From the human T2T-CHM13v2.0 reference genome, Homo sapiens, in assembly GCF_009914755.1 (NCBI RefSeq), contig NC_060931.1: a stretch of DNA of 64,000 nucleotides; one strand, given 5' to 3'. The notes below the pieces were generated by a model. It was not told where the DNA came from. It worked only from the letters and a program-made list of their open reading frames with translations, and did not search any database. Positions 58,264-64,000 of the stretch are shown piece after piece (within the stretch, counting starts at the first letter, position 1; every line of letters starts with the position of its first letter). The translations under genes and the position numbers were made by a program.

Positions 58264-58702
58264 CACAGGGGTTCGGGCTAGGTCCTGCATCTTGCAGCAC
58301 AGAAAGCCAATTACTGAGATGATGATTATTGCCAAGGAAGAAGGCTTTAATCAGGTGCTACAGTCGAGGAGATGGGAGTTCAGTCTCAAACCATCTGCCT
58401 GATAGACTAAAAATTAGGAGTTTGTATAGCAGGGAAGAAATGTAACTATATATGAGAAAACAGAAACTTAGTTGGGGGGAGGTAAAGAAGTAATCCTGAT
58501 AAATGAGGGGCCTGGAGTCTCATTGTCTGGTTGCTATAATCCGGTGAGTTTCAGTTCTTTTCTACTTTTTGGGAGGCCTGAAGATATTTTTCTGAGGCAG
58601 GAACTCAGATAAAACAAATGTAAGTTTCAAGCTTTAAGACCAACAGGGTCAATTTCTATGTTTATCCAAAGACGTGTCTGTGAGAGTGTTGGGTTGGTTT
58701 CA
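58255..58702 (-). mobile_element. Solo ERV1 (MER4-group-like) LTR
   Basis: TGT...TCA termini; flanks tagg/aagg (4-bp TSD, one mismatch); interrupts L1 ORF2. Confidence 0.8.
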
Positions 58703-59677
58703 AAGGGATGGCTTTGTTTCTTCCTTCTAATTTCGGTACCTTTGATTTAATTTTCTAGACTATTTTATCTGGCCAGAACCACCAATACAGTGTAGAATAG
58801 AAGTGGGCTAAACAGATATTTATGTGTTGTTCCTAATCTTCAAAGAATGCATTTCATTTTTCACCATTAATTATTGTGTTAACTATGAGTTGTTCATTGT
58901 TGGCCTTTGTTAGGGTGAGGCAATTTGCCTCTATTCTTAGTTTGTTGACTATACTTATCATGAAAGGGTGCCAGATTTTGCCAAAATTTTTTTCAATCTA
59001 TTGAGATGGTCTTGAGGAATTTTTTTCTTAATTCTATTGATATAATATACTATATTCATTGATTTTCATATTCTAAACTAATCTTGCATACTTGATAAAT
59101 CTTATTTGGTCCTGGTGTATAAATTTTTGTATATATTTTTGGATGATGCAGTCTGCTAGTATTTTTGTTGAGGATTTTTACATACATATTAATAAGAAAT
59201 ATTGATTTATAGTTTTTTCTGTGATGCCTTCACATACTTTTGGTATGAAGGTATATAGGACTCAGACATGAACTGGGAAGTGTTCCCTTCTATTCTATAT
59301 TTTGGAAGTGTTTGCGAAGGATTACTGTTAATTCTTTAAACATTTGGTAGAATTCACCAGTGAATCTACTTTGGCTTGAAGTTTCTGTTGTGGAAATTTT
59401 TTTTTTATTACTAATCCAATCTCTTTATGTGTTTTACATATATGCTAATTTTACCTTTCTTCTTGAGGCAGTTTTGTTATTTGTGTCTTCCTAGGAATTT
59501 GCCCATTTTCCCCAGTTTATCTCACTTGTAGGCATAGAATTGTTTATATTATTCCTTTGTAAGCTTTTTTATTTGTAATTAAAATCCTGGTAGTAATATC
59601 TAGTAATATTGCTGTTAATTTCTCCTTTTCAACCGTAAGTAATTAGAGTATTCTTTCTTTTTCTCTTTGTCAAAGTA

Positions 59678-59990
59678 GTGTGTTGGATAGTGGCCTTGAA
59701 AAATATATGCCCACCCAGAACCTGTGACTGTGAAGCATTTGATAAAAGAGTGTTTGCAGATATAATTAAAGGATTATGAATGAGATTATCCTGTGTTATC
59801 AAGGTACATCCTAAATCTAATGACAAGTGTCATTATAAGAGAAAGGCAGAGGGTGATTTGAAACAGACAAAAGAGAAGACTTAGACAAGGGTAGAAGGGA
59901 AGGCCATGTTAACCTGAAGCAGAGATTAGAGTTATTCATCAACAAGCCATGGAATGCCTGGGGCTACCAGAAGCTGAAACAAACAAGGAG
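59678..59990 (+). mobile_element. MLT1 (MaLR) LTR, 5' part
   Basis: ccagaacctgtgactgtga...gtgtttgcagatataattaa...gagattatcc...ctaccagaagctg. Confidence 0.85.
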
Positions 59991-60256
59991 GTATTTGTTT
60001 GTGTACCCATTAACCAACCTCTCTTTATTCCTCTCTTTGCCCTATCCTTCCGAGCCTCTGATGACCACCAATCTACTCCTAACTACATGAAGTGAATATT
60101 TTTAGCATTATATATGAGTGAGAACATGTGCTATTTGTCTTTATGTGCCTGGCCTATTTTATTTACCATAATGTCTATTTCCATCCAAGTGGCTGCAAAT
60201 AACAGGATTTCGTTATTTTTATGGCTAAATAATATTCCATTGTGTGTGTATATATA

Positions 60257-60300
<44 letters not shown>

Positions 60301-60651
60301 ATATTTTCTTTATCCATTCATCTGTTGGTGTACATTTAGGTTGATTCTATATTTTGGCTATTGTGAATAGTGCCGCAATGAACACAGGAGTTCAGGTATC
60401 TCTTTGATATACTGATTTCCTTTATTTTGGTTTTAGAACCATTAGTGAGATTTCTGGATCATACTGTTGTTCCATTATTAGTTTTTTGAGAAATGTGCAT
60501 ACTGTTTTCCATACTGTCTCTATTAATTTACCTCCCCATCAGCAGTGTTCAAGTGTTGCCCTTCTCTTCATCCTCACCAACATTTATTATTTTCTGTCTT
60601 TTTGATAATAGTCATTTTAAGTGGAGTGAGATGATATTTCATTGTGATTTT

Positions 60652-60958
<307 letters not shown>

Positions 60959-61318
60959 TGATTTTGATTTGCAATTCTTTGATGATAAGTGAGGTTGAGT
61001 ATTATTTTCATATACTTGTTAGCTATTTGTATGTCTTCTTTTGAGAAATTTCTAGTCAGATCTTTTGCTCATTTTAAAATCGGAGTTTTTTTATTGAGTT
61101 GAGTTCCTTATTTATTCTGGTTATTTATCTTTTGTCAGATGGATATTTGCAAATGTTTTCTCCCATTCTGTAAGTCGTAATTTAATTTTATTGATTATTT
61201 CCTTTGCAGTAAAGAAGCTTTTTTATTTGATCCAATAACATGTAATTTTTTTGTTTGTTTCTTTTTGCTTTTGTTATCTGTGCTTTTGAGGTCTTACTAA
61301 AAAAATCTTTGCCAAGAT

Positions 61319-61530
61319 CAAACTTGTCCAACCCGCAGCCTATGGGCCACATGCAGCTCAGGATGGCTTTGAATATGGCCCAGTACAAATTTGTAAACTT
61401 TCTTAAAACATTATGAAATTTATTGGCAATTTTTGTTTAGCTCATCAGCTATCTTAAGTGTTAGTGTATTCAATGTGTGGCCCAAGGTAATTCTTCCAAT
61501 GTGGCCTAGCCAAAAGATTGTATACCTCTG
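61319..61530 (-). mobile_element. MER30 hAT-Charlie MITE
   Basis: cttgtccaacccgc...ggctttgaat...acaaatttgtaaactttcttaaaacattatga...tagctcatcagctatc...ccaaaagattg. Confidence 0.85.
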
Positions 61531-61869
61531 GATTAGATCAATGTCCTGAAACATTTATTCAGTGTTTTCTTCTAGTAGTTTCAGAGTTTTAGGTCTTACA
61601 TGTAAGGTCTTACACTTAAGTCTTTAATCCATTATATTTGATTTTTGTATATGGTGAGAGAATGGGTCTAGTTTCTTTCTTCTGCACATGGTTATCCAAT
61701 TTTCCCATCACCACTTATTGAAGAGACTGTACTTTACCTAATGTGTGTTCTTGGTGCCTTTGTCAAAAATGAGTTGGCTATAAATGCATGGAGTTATTTC
61801 TGGGTTCTCTATTCTGTTCCCTTGGCCAGTGTGTTTGTTTTTATGCCAGTACTATGTTGTTTTGATTAC

Positions 61870-62188
61870 TGTCAGGTTCCAACCTGAGCTGGGGTCTGAG
61901 GGGACAGGTGGCAGGTGGCTAAAAGAACACTCAAGGGACCATAGGCAGTTGGGAAATGGTGTTATTCTCTTCCCCTCCTATAGAGTCAGCTGTGCAGTTA
62001 TATTTCTCACAGACAACAGTGGCTCAAAGCCAGATACGAGCTCACACAAACAGGTTACATTAAATGGCTACAAATGTGATTACATAGTGCGCGGAATTGT
62101 GCGCCTGCACTACAAACCCACTGTGTCATGCTGTACCAGATGTCTGCCTCAGCCTTCTCCTGACCAAAGCACAGCCACTTTCCTTACG
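61870..62188 (-). mobile_element. 3' LTR of an ERV (LTR18-like)
   Basis: Minus strand runs (C/T)GTAAGGAAAGTGGCTGTG...GGAACCTGACA; preceded by polypurine tract GAGGGTGGAG (62189-62198). Confidence 0.8.
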
Positions 62189-62197
62189 CTCCACCCT

Positions 62198-63400
62198 CTA
62201 GGCTAAGGGAGTTCTCCTAGCAGGGAGACATGCCCACAGGGCAGAAACCTGGACACAGAGGCCACAGCAGCAATACAGGGAGCAACAACTCACTACTAGT
62301 ATTCCTGCTATGCTGCCCATGATTATTAGGGTCCAGCATAGGCCAGAGCCCAGAGACACCCACCATGTCTGTGGGGGGTCATCAGTAAGGCTGTCAGCTG
62401 CCTTGATTTCCTGGGAAACTCCTTGCAAAGCTGCTATGTTTTGTTGATTGTCAGGGATGAAGGTACAACATTGCATTCCCAAAACAGCACAGATGCCACC
62501 TTGGGCAGCAATCAATATGTAGGCCTATCAGGTTCTGCACTACCACTTTCCTGGTTTGATCAACATCATCTGTCAACAGAAGGAGGACAACTTGGGTGTA
62601 ATTCAAGTCTCAAGTGTTATGCTCTGGAAGGGCCATAACTTGCATTTCTACAGTTACGACACCTGCTCCAGGGATGGTTAATGCTAAGAGGTAGAGCCAC
62701 CAGGGGGCTCATCACACTTGCAAAAACCAGGAACGTAGCACCTTCCAGTTATGTGGGCATCTAAGGAATGTGGAAATAACTGTGGCAAGCACATAAGGCC
62801 ACCCCCAGGTAGAGCGGCCAATCCTGTTTGCTGGCAAATATGACCATACTGTGTCTCCACAGTCCCATAAACTCCCAGGGGGCACAAAGTCCTCTGGGGC
62901 CCAGCCTTGATGTGGTCACCTATTCCATCACACCTTTGGTGTGGTGATAACATATTATATGTGTTCAGACTATGGCAGACAACCACCCCACGGTGACATT
63001 ACCCCAGTGTTGCTCTACACATCATGATACCTGTGTTAGGGGCACCTTGTGTTCTCCCACTAACGAGCCCCATCCATCACAGACATTACAGGTCAGCCAG
63101 GAAGCAAGCATGCCATGGGTTTTGTGGCATCCCCTATCCAAAGCTGCCCATGTTGCATTCTAAACGTCAGCCATGGAACTCCTAGTGTCCATCCATGTCC
63201 AGTTTTCCACAGAAGCTGGATGTATGTGCCAGGGCAAGACATCCCCTGCTGCTGCTTGAAGGGTGGTGCAGATCCAACGGTTGGACACATTGGTCAACTC
63301 ATCGTAGGTGTGGGACCATTCCACAATGCTGTTGGAGCATGTCAACCTATGGTCTAAATGACAAAGTAGGCACAGGTACTAACAGGGGTAAATCATGCCC
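62198..63400 (-). pseudogene. env: Decayed retroviral env (HERV-S/HERVL18-like)
   Basis: SU NVSNRWICT (CWIC-like); decayed furin site then APWWLYLLAL; VVVQN..AAQGGICAVLGMQCCTFIPDN (ISD region plus CX6CC); hydrophobic TM anchor; several stops and frameshifts. Confidence 0.88.
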
Positions 63401-64000
63401 TTCAGGCAAAATACAGGCCAAGCTTTCATCTCTAGATAACAATGCAACTGCAAAGGACTTCTGCCCTGGGTGATGGTACCACAACTTTTCAGCACCCCAT
63501 GGTTCCTTTGGGTCTATATCTTGCCAGAGTTACTGGGGAGCTCATAATAGGCCACACAGGAAATACAGATGTTCCCTGGAGACTTCCTTCCCTGGCCATT
63601 CCCCTATGAATGGTCAATCATAGAGGCCATATATTAAGTACCCAATGAGTGACATGTAAATCATACTATAGGCTCTCCCTGCAAGGGACTATGATAGCCA
63701 ACCATACGTCATGGTGGACTTGGAGGGTCTGTGGCCAAAGCCAGGTTTTTTGTTCCCCTGCCTTTACAGACATTGGGGCAGGCAACAACAGATTACCATT
63801 GTCCCCATACCTGGTTGGAGGAAGTCATCTTTGGTGTGCATCTGTAAGTGGATGGGGTCAGTGGCACAGTGTAGCAGTGCCTCTACTGGGGCCTGGCTGC
63901 CTTTTCATGGCCGCTCATTCAAGCTTTGGAGCACCAGGTCCAACCTTGAACTCTAGCCCCACAAAGAGGTGGAGTAACATGCAAATGTAACTTATTTTTC
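63347..64000 (-). pseudogene. pol: Decayed pol 3' end (integrase core end and C-terminal region), runs off the window
   Basis: Manual translation: G*SSRLDLVLQSLNERP*KGSQAPVEALL (integrase core-like), ending ...LPLLVPVPTLSFRP* at 63347. Confidence 0.7.

Larger units (their letters stand above)
57435..59670 (-). mobile_element. L1M ORF2 fragment, interrupted by an L1PA and an LTR
   Basis: ccagcaccacactgtc, tatatcaatttgaggagtattg, ttcctaatcttcaaag, catttggtagaattcaccagtgaa: reverse L1 ORF2 landmarks. Confidence 0.85.

Noticed and set aside
61784-62206. 140-aa + strand ORF with ATG
   Set aside because: Chimera of antisense L1 and antisense LTR sequence.

Overview
This 64-kb window is AT-rich, CpG-depleted primate (most likely human) non-coding DNA, either intronic or intergenic. 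I see no CpG island and no recognisable host coding exon. Nearly all ORFs in the track are artefacts of Alu, microsatellite or low-complexity sequence. The window is a mosaic of about 20 Alus (J, S and Y types), old and young LINE-1 fragments, L2/MIR, DNA-transposon relics (MER91A, MER30, Tigger3-type) and several LTRs. The right end holds the 3' part of a decayed class III endogenous retrovirus (LTR18/HERV-S-like) with integrase and env remnants on the minus strand. I found no convincing novel biological system. The most notable structures are: (1) an apparent L1 3' transduction carried by a ~30-nt L1 stub (6448-6629); (2) a perfect spacer-less 76-bp AT-rich palindrome replacing an Alu tail (15478-15553); (3) an L1PA insertion that stops inside its 3' UTR yet has an A tail and TSD (57594-57783); (4) templated duplications at repeat junctions; (5) candidate regulatory motifs and exons in repeat-poor blocks. 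Repeat subfamily names are recalled from consensus sequences and were not checked by any search.
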